Assembly (NCBI RefSeq): GCF_964204865.1
Contig: NC_135264.1
Coordinates: 11,098,001-11,162,000, forward strand
Length of the DNA stretch: 64,000 bases
Reading direction: 5' to 3'
DNA from: Styela clava
Lineage: Eukaryota
This document shows, in pieces, positions 1 through 13,490 of the stretch. The notes below the pieces were generated by a model. It did not search any database. It was not told the DNA's origin and saw only the letters and a list, made by a program, of their open reading frames with translations. Every line of letters starts with the position of its first letter. The stretch's first letter is position 1. The position numbers and the translations under genes were made by a program.

Positions 1-1078
1 CGTAGAATGTTAAAGAATCCTTTGAAGCAGCAAGTTTTGCGAATTCGTCTCAGATTAACTGGGTACTATATACAGAATAGAACCGAACAGTTCACAACTA
101 TACTCTCGTCTGTAAATAAGCGTGACAACAAGGCTTGTTTTGCTTCTAGAAGATTTATGGTTGAATAGGCCTGTTGTGAATTCATGTTTTTGATCGCGGT
201 CGTTCAAGCGATGCGGTAACCCAGACTTGAGAGCCGTTAGATTAGAACAAAATAGACGTCCAAGTTATGAGGACACTTGAGCGCTGATGAATTTCTGCTG
301 TGTATACTTGTTCAGGCTCATAGATTATACCGTTGATAGGGTTTCCGTGCGACCATTTTCATGTTTTTCATAATATACTAAGATGGCATGACCTGACAAG
401 GAATGCTCAATCCGCTTTGATATAGACAGAAGAATGTTTTGAATGAATGAAATCCTATCATCTTACCGTAATATTACTGGTGATCAATGCCATTTTCTTG
501 ATATAATATTCATAATAATGCGTGGGTGAACGATTTCATATATTATATAATATAAATTTTAGGAGGAGCCAGTTTGGGAGAAACGTTTCGTTAGATCACG
601 ATTGGACTTTCATTTGAAGGTTTACATTTGAATTTTACATGCAAGAATATGGGGTTTCATGTATGGTTTTCTAGGCCCCTGTCAGGATAGTTGGCTACGT
701 GTTAAGCTCCGTTCTCGCAAAAAGTTATTCTACTTTGAAATACTCTTGTTATGTTCTGCATATAACTAAGGATATGCAGGGAAACATTTATTTGCAAAAA
801 CAATACTTCGTGAAACAAACCATTTGGTATATTATACTTCAGAAACGCATTAGAAAAAATTTAATATTGAAAATACAAAAACAATTATATATTCAGTACA
901 CAATCCGTAAAAAATGATTCACAGATTATGATACCTCGTAGGCTCATTGCTAACTTCAGTGTTTCTGCAATGTGCCATAAGGTCGACTGACAACTACAGC
1001 ATCATCTAATTTGATAGAAATGACGCTCTTCATACTCAATCCAATCGCATTCATTTTGAGACACTTTATAATCGATAG

Positions 1079-1394
1079 CAGGGCTACTCAACTATTTTTA
1101 TCGAAGGTCCGCAAGCTAAACTTCAAAATTATTTGGGTCCGGTCTTTCCAGAACTGATATTTCGGCATCCTCAAACGAGCACTTCCTCGACCGACTAATG
1201 ATTTGTAGCAAATTAAAATTGTTTATTATGGTGTTATAGTTCTTTTCGTATATATTCAAAACTATGAAAGTCATTTTATAATAGAAAATTCAAAAAGTGG
1301 GGCTAATGATCCAAAATAAATAAATAGGTGCGGTCCAAATCTAATACTCGAAAGGTCCGGATTCGAACCGCGGTCCGCCAGTTGAGTAGCCCTG
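1079..1394. mobile_element. hAT-type MITE
   Basis: 15-bp perfect TIR CAGGGCTACTCAACT...AGTTGAGTAGCCCTG; degenerate 8-bp TSD ATCGATAG / ATCTTTAG; no coding capacity. Confidence 0.8.
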
Positions 1395-1890
1395 ATCTTT
1401 AGTTTCCATTACATTTGAACCCATGACAATTGCACCTGTATGCTATTGCATCTATGGAATTTTTTTTTGTTTCACGGATAGTTAAACCCATACTAACCCT
1501 AACCCATGGGTTTTAGCACCCGCATATAGATTGAACCCGTGGATATACGCATGGGTTCAAATGTACGTGGGTTCAAATGTACGGTCACCTAATCTATATT
1601 GTAGTATGTGAATTATCCAAAATTGTACTTTACAACAATGAAAGTTTTGATAAAAAATGTTGTATCTTTTTATATTTTAATGATACAAATGGCCAGATTT
1701 ACTTATGCTTGTCTCACATTTCCTTCCGCCACCATTATTCGAAGTAGCCAACGTGATAAGCGTATTTAAAAGTGATGACCAGCTTGGCCTAACGTTAGCT
1801 TGCATTTTAATGTTGTTTTGCCAATGTTGTTTGCTTTTCCAAACCTTCAGACACTTACAAACTCTGAATTAAAGTTGTGAGTGTTCGATG

Positions 1891-3320
1891 CTAGAGTTTT
1901 CGGCCCGGATGTTCCTGCCATCCAACGATATGATTCGCTTCCATATTAGAGCTAGAATGTGCCGGCGACGAAGGGACTCTCAGTTGGCCTGATTTTCTCC
2001 GAGAGAGAGTTAATAGTGTTGGATATTCGTATGGTGGAGGAGAATCTGCAGTTCGGGCCAGGTCTTCATAAGATGGTGGGGCATCGAGGCATTGCGCCTG
2101 TGCCAGAGGTGTTTCGTAACATGGACCTTGGTTTACAGATGGAACCGGTAAGATTTGAGCTGTATAAAATGCAATTTATTACTAGTCTTCCTAAATACTA
2201 AAATCAAATACAGAAAAATGAATAAGGACACTGCAGAAGTCGTCGGGAATACAGTCCTTATTTTTTATTATCATTAATCTTTACGCTTCTCAACAGAGTA
2301 GAAGTGGCGAAATGTCAGTATAAAGTTAGTATTGGTAATAAAAATATCAAGAAAAAGCGAGGTTGTCACCCTGACTGGATCCTGGAGGTCGTCTTGTAGC
2401 TATTTTTCTTCTGCAACATAAAAGACATATAGCAATGCATCCCAGACAACCAAATAACGCTCCAATGACGACCGCAGCAACTGTTCCAAATCTAGGCAAG
2501 AATGGTTAGTTTTCATTTTGTATTGGCTTCTTTATTCTACTTCAAATTTCGTGATTACATTAGTTAAAGATGTCTGCCTCAACCACACCGTTATTCTAAA
2601 GATTTCTATAAATCAAGTAGCCCATCTATAGTGACGCTCGATAAGTCGCTTTCGAAAACATTTAAAAACAAAAATAGGACTAACTTTGGATGGAAGGCTT
2701 CACATTTTGATATTTTAGGATGAGAGAGACAAGAAATATTCCATTTTTTACTTCCAAACATCCTTATAGTAATAAAGTTTTTAGTTTCGTTGCCACCCCG
2801 AAATACGCGCACTGTTTAGTTATACTTGCACTAGTCAAATTTTTCAATAAAATAATGACATCATTTGCGGAGTGATACGTTAATGAATTCCATTGTCCCA
2901 CCATCAAATAACACTTCAAATTTGTCTTTGGTATGAGTTATGTATGTTGACACCGAATCTTTGCCAAATTAGTGTCTACATTTGCTTGTTTCACACATTT
3001 AAAATGGCGAATACAACTGCCTGCAAGGTTGTCTCGCTTTGTTCCAACTTAACTCAATATTAAACTCTATCTGGTCTTCTTCAAACACATAGAGTACGTT
3101 TTTGATTGTCTTAGAGATGTTTCTCACCGATAATTATGAAACCAAATTATCGATATACTAGTACTAGCTATGACGTAAAATTAGGTCTGCTTATAATTTA
3201 GAGTTCAAACACGTTCCAATGTAGAGCTTCGTCTACTTACGTTATATTCTGGAGCATATCGGTCATTTTTCAAGTATTGATTAACCTAACTCACGTATAG
3301 TCGTGTCATTGTCACTACAG
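1891..3320 (-). CDS. Single-pass membrane protein with two PPxY motifs (3' part; 5' exons not located)
   Basis: Exon 2491-2370 reads FGTVAAVVIGALFGCLGCIAICLLCCRRKIATRRPPGSSQ (TM helix, Cys cluster, basic stop-transfer). It splices in phase 1 to exon 2159-1891: ...DAPPSYEDLARTADSPPPYEYPT...GRKL*. Candidate upstream small exons 3320-3295, 3248-3241 and 3157-3128 keep the frame (less certain). Confidence 0.7.
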
Positions 3321-5003
3321 CTGTAAAATTCATATATATATATATTGATTATAAAAACCGCTAACAATTGTTTTTGTATTTTCCATAGACATCATTAAAA
3401 CTAATAAACATTAGTATTAGAAACTCGCAAAAATCCTTTCGAAATGTCCAAAGTTATTGCTTTTAATTAACTTCCAATTAACACTCAAAACGAATTTAAT
3501 AAAAAAAAATTGCTTAAAATGCTCACAATGTAAATTGTGTACATAAAAAGTGAGCCGTTGAGGCGTGTGTAGAAGTCGTTGCAGTGTGGCATGTCATGCT
3601 ATGTTGTACTTTCCACGCCTTTGTACTCAAAGTACGTTTTAATCAATATCAACAATTTCTGCATGCCCGTTCGAATCCAACAAAATGTTCTAAAAAGGGT
3701 TTCTTGATAGAATCACATCTATTTCACAAATTTTTTACAAGAAAATAAAGCCGAAATCACCAATTTTCATATTCAATTTCTGACTTCCAATTGCATTCAG
3801 TAAATACAACTCTCATTCAAAAATCTCTACTACATATAAAAATAAATTCACTAATAATATTATTGCCACAGTTTTCTATTAGTTACATTTGAACCGGATT
3901 GCATATGCATATTGTAGATATTCACAATACAAAATCATTACAGCACTACCAATGCACATGCTCAATAGCAAATGCTTGGTGTCAGAACAAGCCATTAGTC
4001 ATAGAACATGGCTACAGAATATTGGCCAATGAACCCTCACTTAGATAGAATATGACACGATTGATAAATTGAGTTATTGCGATACTTGTTTTTAATATGT
4101 GAAACAAACTTGTTTTGCTTTTTCGCTAATTTCAGTCTTTTTTTTACAATTTGACTACATTAATTATTAGACTACTTTGTTTTGTCAAATTGCATTGCCC
4201 ACAGAAAAAGAAGCAAAATCAATTTCAATGTTTTTGGTTGGTCCGTCGACCAATTTCTCCATCATAATATAGAATTTCTTGTCATGTATATTAGTTTCTC
4301 GCTGATTCACTCTATTTTCTAATGAGACTCAGATGGAGTGGAAACAAATTTAACAAACATCGTCTTCATTTCAACCAAAGTAATATAGATAAAAACCTGT
4401 CTAATATTTTGTTCTTGCAACTGTCGAGACTGCATTGATTCATATTGCTGCATGAACATAATCGTTTTTGTCTGGCATGAATCATGCGTGTTAAATAATC
4501 TCTCAGTTCACCAGTTTGTGAAATATTCGTAGAGATACAATTACAATGCTTAATATAATATATCTATTTCACCTACAATAAGGATTTATCATCTGCATGA
4601 TTTTTTAAACTTTTCGGTATTGAACTCTATTGGTTTTAGTTTCCGGAGAACAGCTTGCTTTGAGAAGTTTGTGTTTAGTTGGATGTAGTTCTAAAAGTTT
4701 CCGCAATTTTTGCACAAAGTCTTTATCAGAAAACCCTCAGGCTACTTTAGATTGAAATTTCTTAATGCGACCAGCAGATTACCAAGATTGACCGTAGACT
4801 ATGATTACACGTTGACTAGTAAACTTTGTAATGGAAACTTCAATGCGAACAACTTCAATGGATTATTCGAGACCAGAGCTCAACTACTGAAAATTAGATC
4901 AAATTGAATACTTATTATACACATTTAAAATGGCGAATACAACTGCCTGCAAGGTTATTTTGCTATGTTCCAACTTAACCCAATATTAAACTCTATCTGG
5001 TCT
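2993..5003 (+). repeat. ~84-bp dispersed direct duplication (about 2993-3076 and 4920-5003)
   Basis: CACATTTAAAATGGCGAATACAACTGCCTGCAAGGTT...CAATATTAAACTCTATCTGGTCT occurs twice with a few substitutions. Confidence 0.85.
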
Positions 5004-6055
5004 GCCGTAACAATATTTTTGATAAATAGACTTCTTCAACAACAAGCTGCGCAGTATACGTTCGCGTGTTCTAATATTTAACATGACCATTAGGTAGAAG
5101 ATCAATAAGATCACGAACGCAGCATCTAAAGTAAATCGAACACTTCGCGTTCTATTTGTGGTTGGTCTCGTTACGGCCCTGTGTGGCCAATTTACCGCGT
5201 CACAAGAATACCACGTCTGTTATCAAATTTTGAAACTCGTGCTTAGTGAGATATCACATCAATCCCAACATTAGTTAGTCTCAGTTTATTTAATATGAGT
5301 GAAAAAGCAAAAATGACATATGATATACATCAGATGTGTTATGATATAAAATCTTATGGCGTATTGGCGTTTTAATATTAACTTTTTAATATAGATTCCC
5401 CTGAATCAAATTACCAAAAGCTCAATTGTCCCTTTCACAAAAATAAAATTTCCAGCGCACAATTTATCAAATTTAATAGCAACAATAACATAGGAATCCA
5501 TAAACACAAGAGCAATGTCTTGCTTTAATCTCAGTTGAAGGGGAAACACTGTTTCTGCGATATCAAACCTAGGTAAACCGGACGACATACAGCATCTTAT
5601 ATCATTCTCAATCGAGCTCGTTTCGATATTTTGGAAGTGTGGAAATCATCGCCATCTGCCAAGAAGTTGATTTTTTTAATGTCCAATTCAATTTCGTGCA
5701 AAGCGATTCTACTGATTCGATGATAAATCCTAACAAATCACCACTTTGCTGATTGTAGACCTGATCATATAGAGCAGTGGTTTTCAACCCGGTTTCCATC
5801 GGTACAGTCCAGGGATTCCGCAAGTATTCATTCAAGTTTTCAACTGTTATGCCAACATACACAAAAAAAGAAGAGTCCCAAATTCAGGCAATTCAAAACT
5901 CGAAGTCATTTGCGTAGGCTGCAGGGCATCACTGTTTCAGCTCTGCATTATTGATCTTTTATAAAATATTATTTTATTTATGATAGTGAATATATACTGT
6001 GCAACTTTCACGACAGCTACTGCCGAAAAAAGCCGGGGTGATGAAAAGTTTAGGG

Positions 6056-6302
6056 CTGACACGGGCAAACTACGGCTAGCGGGCCGAATCCGATTGTTAT
6101 AGAGAGTATAGACATCTGAATTTGTTTAATTTGTAATTACATTTAGTTTGGTACGAGGAACATTGTTTTCCACTTTTGCTTTTGTAACACTATGAACAAC
6201 ATCTTGTTCATAAAATGTAACATTTTACGTCCCACTTATATGGCCCGCCAGTCTAGGTGGGCAAAATTTTTGACCGTTGGCCAAAAACATAGCTCACCCC
6301 TG
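6056..6302. mobile_element. hAT-type MITE with perfect 8-bp TSD
   Basis: GTTTAGGG at 6048-6055 and 6303-6310; GGGCAAACTACGGC..GCGGGCCGAATCCG near the left end and ...CACCCCTG at the right end. Confidence 0.75.
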
Positions 6303-7628
6303 GTTTAGGGTATACTGCATGTCACACAAAATTTTCCCACTTGTATAGATCTCTATTCATGTCAATACTTTAACCCTCTGTCAGAGTAATATATCTATCC
6401 TAACCCAGAACATACCATGATTCATACTCAATATTCTTCCTGCAAACATTTGCACCGAAATATATGAATACAAAAACAGTGGACCGACTGTAGGATAAGT
6501 TGACCAAGTGTGGTGATGTGGGACCAGGTTTGAACACGAAAATTTCTTGATGTAGCTTTCAGTAGTACAGCTGGTGGTAATGACGATTAATCTAACGGAA
6601 CAGTGTTTCCTGAAGATTGCATTTGCAAAGGATCGGATTTCCAAACTTTATCGATTTTGAAAACCGTTTTCATGCTGATTATGCAACGAAAATCTTGAGT
6701 TTCTTTCTGAGCCGTTTTGTGGAAGTATATGGTATTGACTGTGACGCTAGTAGTGGTGTGCATGGGTAGTTTCATTGAGTTGGTTTATTACTTATAGAAA
6801 TCGTAGTCTATGCTCAGCCCTAAATTAAAATAGTCCCACCGATGCCATCTTACGAAGTGACATTGCCGAGAAATTAGGCTATTTTTGCGTTTAGTGGTTA
6901 TGTTTTTTATATTTTACTCACAACCAGGTGCGATGTCAGTTTAATATCTTTTGATTTGTGATGTATGCAATCTGCGGCCCGCGGGTCGAATGCGAATGAC
7001 GAATGAGTTGGTATGGGGTTTATGGGGGCATGTTGTGAACACACCGACGCTCACGACAACATTGATGACATTATAATTGTACTACAATTTCAATTTTCTA
7101 TAGATATACTCCCATATTGGTTTATTTCGAAACGAGGCACGTACTTTCCAATCTCCAAAGCCATGTCAGTAATTTCATCAATCAGCAATCCTAACATTCA
7201 ATGAAATGTAGGCTTTAGTGAATGCACATACCTTGCAGGTGGCCCTTTATGATCGAAGCAAACTTAGATAGTCAAATACCGGTCACTAGTACTGATTCCA
7301 GAAGTTGTTCCAAAAAGTTTGAGAACTGAATTGAAAATGTGATTTTTGTCAAAATTGAATCACAAAACCAATACATGGATTCCAAAAGTTCTTCATGAGT
7401 CGTGAGTTAATTTTTTAAACTGAAATGAAAAGTAGTTTGCATTTTGGCAATGTTAAAGTTTACATATCACAAATCGAAATTAAATTTATTTGTCAATCCT
7501 ATATCGGATTTTATACAGAATTACTGCACTTGGTCATTACCATCGTCATTTCATTCTAAACGCATTCTTCTCGACGAAACCTCAACGAAGCAAACTATTA
7601 AATTTATTCTCTATCATAATTTACTGAA

Positions 7629-8247
7629 ATGTCGCATTGCAATTTGAACATCGGCGATGTATTGAAACAATATTACGACTTGGAAATTATTTCACATAAA
7701 CAACTGAGTGGATATGAAGATATAAATTATGTTGTGAGATGCAAAAGAAACGAAGAGATAGACACATTTGTTTTAAAATATATTAACGCAGATGATTCCA
7801 TAAGAAATGGTGAGTTTAGTGATTTTCATTTAGTTCATAGTCTGACTGCCAAGCCTACTGCTGTTAATGAAAGAGTTGATAGGAGTTTTTGAGATTGGAA
7901 AACCAAATATCGTGGAGAATAAAGTCTGACGAAAACATCGGTATTTGCGATACAAATGAATATAAAGTTTGCTTACTTTCATAACAAAACATCATGCTAA
8001 TATAAAAAACTAGAATTCGGTTGGAAACCGAAGACTTATCGATCGGAGGTTAGGGGATCCCCCAAAACAGTGGTCTTACTCCGTAGTGACACCGTGTGTC
8101 CTATAACTAATTAATTAATAACTCGCTAATTATACGACATAATCAACCCAAAATCGATAGGCTTCTGGTCCGAGATATGATGTATGCACATGCAAAATTT
8201 GGAGCAGATTCAACCTCGCATTCGCGAGATATCGCGTTCATCTAACA

Positions 8248-8285
<38 letters not shown>

Positions 8286-10437
8286 TACAAATACCTATCA
8301 ATATACTTACCGATCTTAAGATCGATAAGTAATGACTGATCAATATTACAAACGAGTTAGCAACGAGAGTATGTAAGTACAAAACAAATCTGCATTCTTC
8401 AATTTCACGGTTATAAGATCTTAATGATACGTAATTTCTTTTAGGTTTAATAGAAGCAGTAGTCTTTGTGCTTCAAGAAGTGCTGTTTAGCGGAGTTCCA
8501 TGCTCCGCACCGATATTGTCAAATGAAAATAAACACGTGATATGCATTGGTTCAGGTAAGCAACCAAAAAAAAAGTTACTGTAGAAATAGAGAAATTGGG
8601 GATATTCCTCGCAAAGTGATAGTAATTTATGAATAGAAGATTTGATGCGATTTCAATCAACGCCAGCTTGTTGGCTTTCTGCAGGCGAATATATAAAGTA
8701 AAAATAGAGTAAACTTTCAGAAATCTACCGAGGTCGGAAAGTCGAGGCATGATTAAGAAAGTTAATGTCAAATAACTGCTCAATTAAAAATTTTGACATA
8801 TTCCAGGAGATCAGCTCAGAAAAATAATGCTTCTTTCTTACATCCCCGGCCTTGAAACACAGGATTTAGATTTTCAATATGAAAGCTACTTAAAATTCTG
8901 TCATAAAGTCGGAATATTTTGTGGAAAACTGGACTCGCAGTTGGAGGCAAGTTTCGTTTTTTATTGTATGTATAAATATGCAACTTATCTTAGACTTTTA
9001 TAAATTGCACGCAATGATATAAATGAATATATATACATGAAATTAAACATACTACTTTAATCGACATTGTGAAAATAAAAGATCGAAAGAAAAAGGAAGT
9101 CACAGGTCTTGCGCAAACATTCCTTACGTTTATTAGTTGGTAATGCCTCTCATAGTTAAATTTTCGTGTGAATTAAATACGTAAGATTGTTCATTTTTTA
9201 CCATGTCGTTGGCGAAACCTTACCAAAAGAAAGCCCCAATGAAACTATTAGCAAAGGCTGAAGTACACCGTCATATCTCAATTCTGCTATGGTCATAGCA
9301 GTCGTCAGTTAGTGCAGTTTTATATATCTGACAACCTTTAAACCAGAACATGATCATGAAAAGGTAACGTTAGGTTTCAAAATTTCAGAATATATCTTCG
9401 AGATTAAGCAAACAAATTATAATTTCATAGAATGGTTTATGATACAATTTGTTTAAACTTGTTCCATAATTAAAACAGAAAATTAAATCTCCGCCAAAAA
9501 TACTGCATAGAGGTTACATGGAATGGAAGATGGAGAATATTCAATCATGGAAGAAGAAAATACACGTATTGAAAGATGTGGAGAGTAAAAATATATGTGA
9601 ACAGACTATGAAAAAGATTGAGGATTTCTGTTCTGGAAATTTGTATATAAAAGCTAGCAAAGGTTGGTGAAAGTTGGGCTTCTGAAAATAGGCAAATAAA
9701 TTATGATAAATCAACATCTTATGGTATGAACCGTCAAGCCAGTAGCTCGAGTGGAATTGCTTGTTGCCATTGTATTGTCCAGCAATTGATTTTTAATTCA
9801 AACACCACCAAATGACTACTTTTTTTAAATCACATTCGTTGTGACTGAGGCTTGAGTCTACAATATGATGGCAATAAACCGACGAGCAACTTGACCGAGT
9901 ATTTCCCAAATGAATCATTTTTCTTGACGGATGCTATGTTACTAGATTAATGTAGAACATGTTAAAAAAGATCAACTCCCATCTCATTCATACACAACAG
10001 GAATAATTCATGGAGATCTTACCTTACGTAACCTGATTTACAAAAAGGAAGGACACGACTACGACGTCACCGGCATAATAGATTTCTATGACACAAGCAT
10101 CAGCTGTTATATATTTGAAACGGCGGGTATAATTTGCAGTGTTTTGTATGAAGCCGATTTCTTGAACCTACCTGACTTGAACATCTGTGCTGTAACTAAA
10201 GAAATACTGGGCGGATACAGAAAAGAGTTTGATTTGAACACTGTCGACCTAAATATGTTATTTTATGCTGTTTTGGCTAGACTGTGTGCGTTAAGAGTGC
10301 TCGGCGGCTACTATATAATGCATAGAAATGACGTGGCAACCCATACAGGAATAAACTTAGAAAAGTTAGAGATTATTATAAAGAATATATGGAAAATAGG
10401 AAAAACTAAATGGGATGAAATATGTCTTCAAAGCTAA
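7629..10437 (+). CDS. HYKK: Hydroxylysine kinase-like (APH/choline kinase-fold phosphotransferase), 5 exons, ~350 aa
   Basis: Exons 7629-7809, 8445-8555, 8807-8946, 9479-9662, 10001-10437 join in frame (1053 nt). Motifs: LSGYEDINY, FVLKYIN, LLSYIPG, GIIHGDLTLRNL, GIIDFYD. Family is confident; orthology to HYKK is inferred. Confidence 0.8.
8008..8333 (+). mobile_element. Helentron-associated (HINE/DINE-like) non-autonomous element in intron 1 of the kinase gene
   Basis: Subterminal IR ACTTATCGATC / GATCGATAAGT, internal (CA)n, 3' hairpin ACTTACCGATC-TTAA-GATCGATAAGT; second copy inverted at ~12300-12530. Confidence 0.6.
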
Positions 10438-12299
10438 TGTCGAAAATTTGACAAAATTTAAAGAGTTTCATGTGACGTGTTAAAATAGTTTCTTCGTCGA
10501 ACCGTGAGAATAATTTGATTGAATAATTGAGTTTAACGTTTTTAGGGGTTTCGTGGAAAGGCTTACCAGAGCTGTAGTCTGCCCATACAGTTGAAATTGT
10601 CGAATTCTGTTCAATGCGTTATTTTAACACTTCACGGAAATTCGCATCCTTTGGGCCTAAAAGTATAGCTAACTCTATGAGATAATATCTGACATGGAAA
10701 AAGAGGAAGCCGACAATGGCAAAATCTTTCTTGTGATCTGATTAAAAAACAATTTGAAAGCTGTTGCTTGGCTGTACTCGCGTTCCGAAGGCACTAGCAT
10801 TGTTTAACGAGGAAACTGCGTCATTCACCCTAATGGCAGACAAGTTGAAAAGTCTTTTTTGATTGACGACATAAATAAGAATGGTGATTCCGATGACGTT
10901 CTCGATCTTCCAGTCGCCCTTGTCGGTCATCTTTATTTATTTGTCCGTGTTCTGTGTTGTAGTGAAATTGTATTGAATGAAGAAATTCGACTAGAAGTCG
11001 ACATTTAGTCAAAGAACTAATATGCTGTATATATCTTTCACTTAATTACATCAGGATGGAATGAAGATGCATTCTCGGTCTGATTTAGTCTCTGGTCCTT
11101 AATCAATAATGAATCACAGTTTCGCCCACAGAGTTGGGATTTTAAGTCGTGTCTAGCTTTTCAAGTCGGGTTCGCGCTGCTTGCAGAGTCTTAATATGAC
11201 AAACAAATATTTTTCAGAAATGCTTCCTGATCCGATTGGCTTATCCCTATCTTCCTTGAAAACCTTGGAGCATCTGGTAAAATAAAATAATAACAATACA
11301 CAAGACAAACATACAGGAGGGGTAATTCATAAAGGTGGCAAGACTCGAAATGAGGTTTTAAACATAAACGTGCTGCTTTAAGAAGACGTCGTCTCTTAAT
11401 TGCTCAAACGTATATTTATGTAATGCACCTCAATTATATACTTGGGTCTAGTCATCAACTTACCGGACGTATATCCATGAGATTATGTTGTTTGCAATAT
11501 ACCAGCTATAAACTAAACTAACTCACCCACCCACTTCACCTCCGTTTCACCTGGCCGAATATTTTGCTCTTTTTTTCTTCGGATGCTCCATTGTGACAAC
11601 ACTTGTGTTGATTGGTTCAGTGTACTTTAAAAAAACACAATTTCACACTACTATAACGTGAGATTTGAATTTCGCTTGAACGGCATAAAAGATGTCGAAT
11701 CATAATATATATATCTATAAAAATATCACTCAAAAATTTCGTCTAAAGCGAAGTTACAATAATTCTTTATTGAATTATTATTCAAGAGTTCATCGAAAAC
11801 TGAGGCCTATGCAAGCTTTCCTAATGGTTTTTGCGTTTTCGACTTTTTCATAACCATTTGAAAGTCGGAAATATCGACTCCCTACTTCGGACTTTAGATG
11901 AATTCGAAAATATCACTGCTGCTTCGACACCACTAAAACATTCCAAATTCCAACTTCTCAGCCCTGATTAGAAACTAATTCACGTCCCCACGATATGCCA
12001 GTGGCACAGACAGTCACTGTTGTTTGGTTAGTGCTGAATTTATCTTGCTCACCTATTACCATGGTCTGAACATTTCCATTGCAGATTCTGAACTCGTAAT
12101 CTCCTTTAATGTTTTTTTTTTCTGTTGGACCCTAAATATTCTGAGTACATGATTCATCCATCGTTAGTCTGTTGAAGGAATGCTCCATTTTTGTAAATTT
12201 GCAGACGCAACTTGTTTTTCGACTTCTAAGCGTCAAATGAATGCGACAAAGAAATTAGCGAAGCCATTGCTATTTAACAGGTGTCCGGACCTTCAGGTA

Positions 12300-12530
12300 T
12301 TCCGCGTCAATGTGGCGTGGTTGAATCTGCTCCAAATTTTGCATGTGCATTCATCATATTTCGGACCAGAAGCCTATTGATTTTTATTTGATTTTTTTAT
12401 GTCGTATAATTAGTGAGTTATTAATTAATTAGTTAAAGGACACAATGTGTCACTATGGAGTAAGAGCGTTGTTTTGGGGATCCCCTAACTTTCGATCGAT
12501 GAGTCTTCGGTCTCTGAGCGATATTCTCGT
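12300..12530 (-). mobile_element. Second, partial copy of the 8008-8333 element
   Basis: Reverse complement matches about 8010-8220 (GGGGATCCCC, TAATTAATTAATAACTC, GCTTCTGGTCCGA, GCACATGCAAAATTTGGAGCAGATTCAAC). Confidence 0.75.
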
Positions 12531-13284
12531 ATATTCGACTCAATGAATATTCTTGAACAGAAAAGTTACTCTAGGCCATATTTCTTAACCTAAGTTTGAC
12601 CGAACCTCTGGGGTTTGGTGGGGATGTTCCGTTGGTTCGCCGAAAGTCTTCTCAAATAGTGAATTATTATGGATTATGAAGTGAAATACTATGAAGTATT
12701 TCCGTTACCCAGCTCATAAATCATGAAAAAAACAATCATAGTTCACCGTCTCATTTTTCAAAAGTTTTCGAATCGCTGCCATCTTGTTTTCTTTGTCCGC
12801 TAAAGGTCGAGGTGAAATCCTCAAATTTTTTATTGAGGCTATATTTGTACAATGCAATTCTGACATATTAGTCTTTCCTCTTAGTGAGTTATTCACGAAA
12901 CAGGTTTCTTCATGGATGTGAACTCTCAGCAAACTGTCTGACTTTTTTAATTTATGTGTCCGGAGAATCAATTACAATAAAAAAAAGTCACAAGTATTCG
13001 AGATTCGGTTCTGGAATCATCAGGTTTTTGAAAATGCCTAGCTCTACCCACGATCAGTACGGTAACTTAAAACTAAATATGTCAGTGGTATCTTATGTAG
13101 GTCACAGTACAAAATTATGGGCGTAGTTGTACGTCTGTATAAAAATATAAAAACACAATTCAATTCGCATTTCGTGCAATTTTAAATTTTGTGACAGAGA
13201 AAAGTATTATAACATGGAAGGACTGTCGTCCGCCATTTGCAGTGAGATAAAGATTGATTTCCAAAAAAACGTCGCCGATTCCAA

Positions 13285-13490
13285 AAACGTTGGGACCAAT
13301 CATGGCTTGGATCATCACATGATTGGGTCTCGTCGACCAATCAGCACCACCAATCTTGTGTCACTAATTTTATCTTATGGTTCTTCATTATGATTGCTCT
13401 TTTTTTATTCTAACACGTTGGTCGGGAAAACGGGGATGACGCGCATTTGAATCAGGGGCATTGAGGAGATCGCAGCGTTTAGCGGTCGAT
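13285..13490 (+). promoter_or_regulatory. CCAAT-box-rich promoter-like block, left copy
   Basis: Three CCAATC, an ATTGG and a TGACGC motif; conserved in inverted orientation at 20480-20695. Confidence 0.55.

Noticed and set aside
1493-1505. CTAACCCTAACCC as a telomerase RNA template or interstitial telomere
   Set aside because: Only two units, embedded in a short repeat with TTGAACCC/GGGTTCAA inverted motifs; similar GGTTAGGGTT cores occur in other MITEs here
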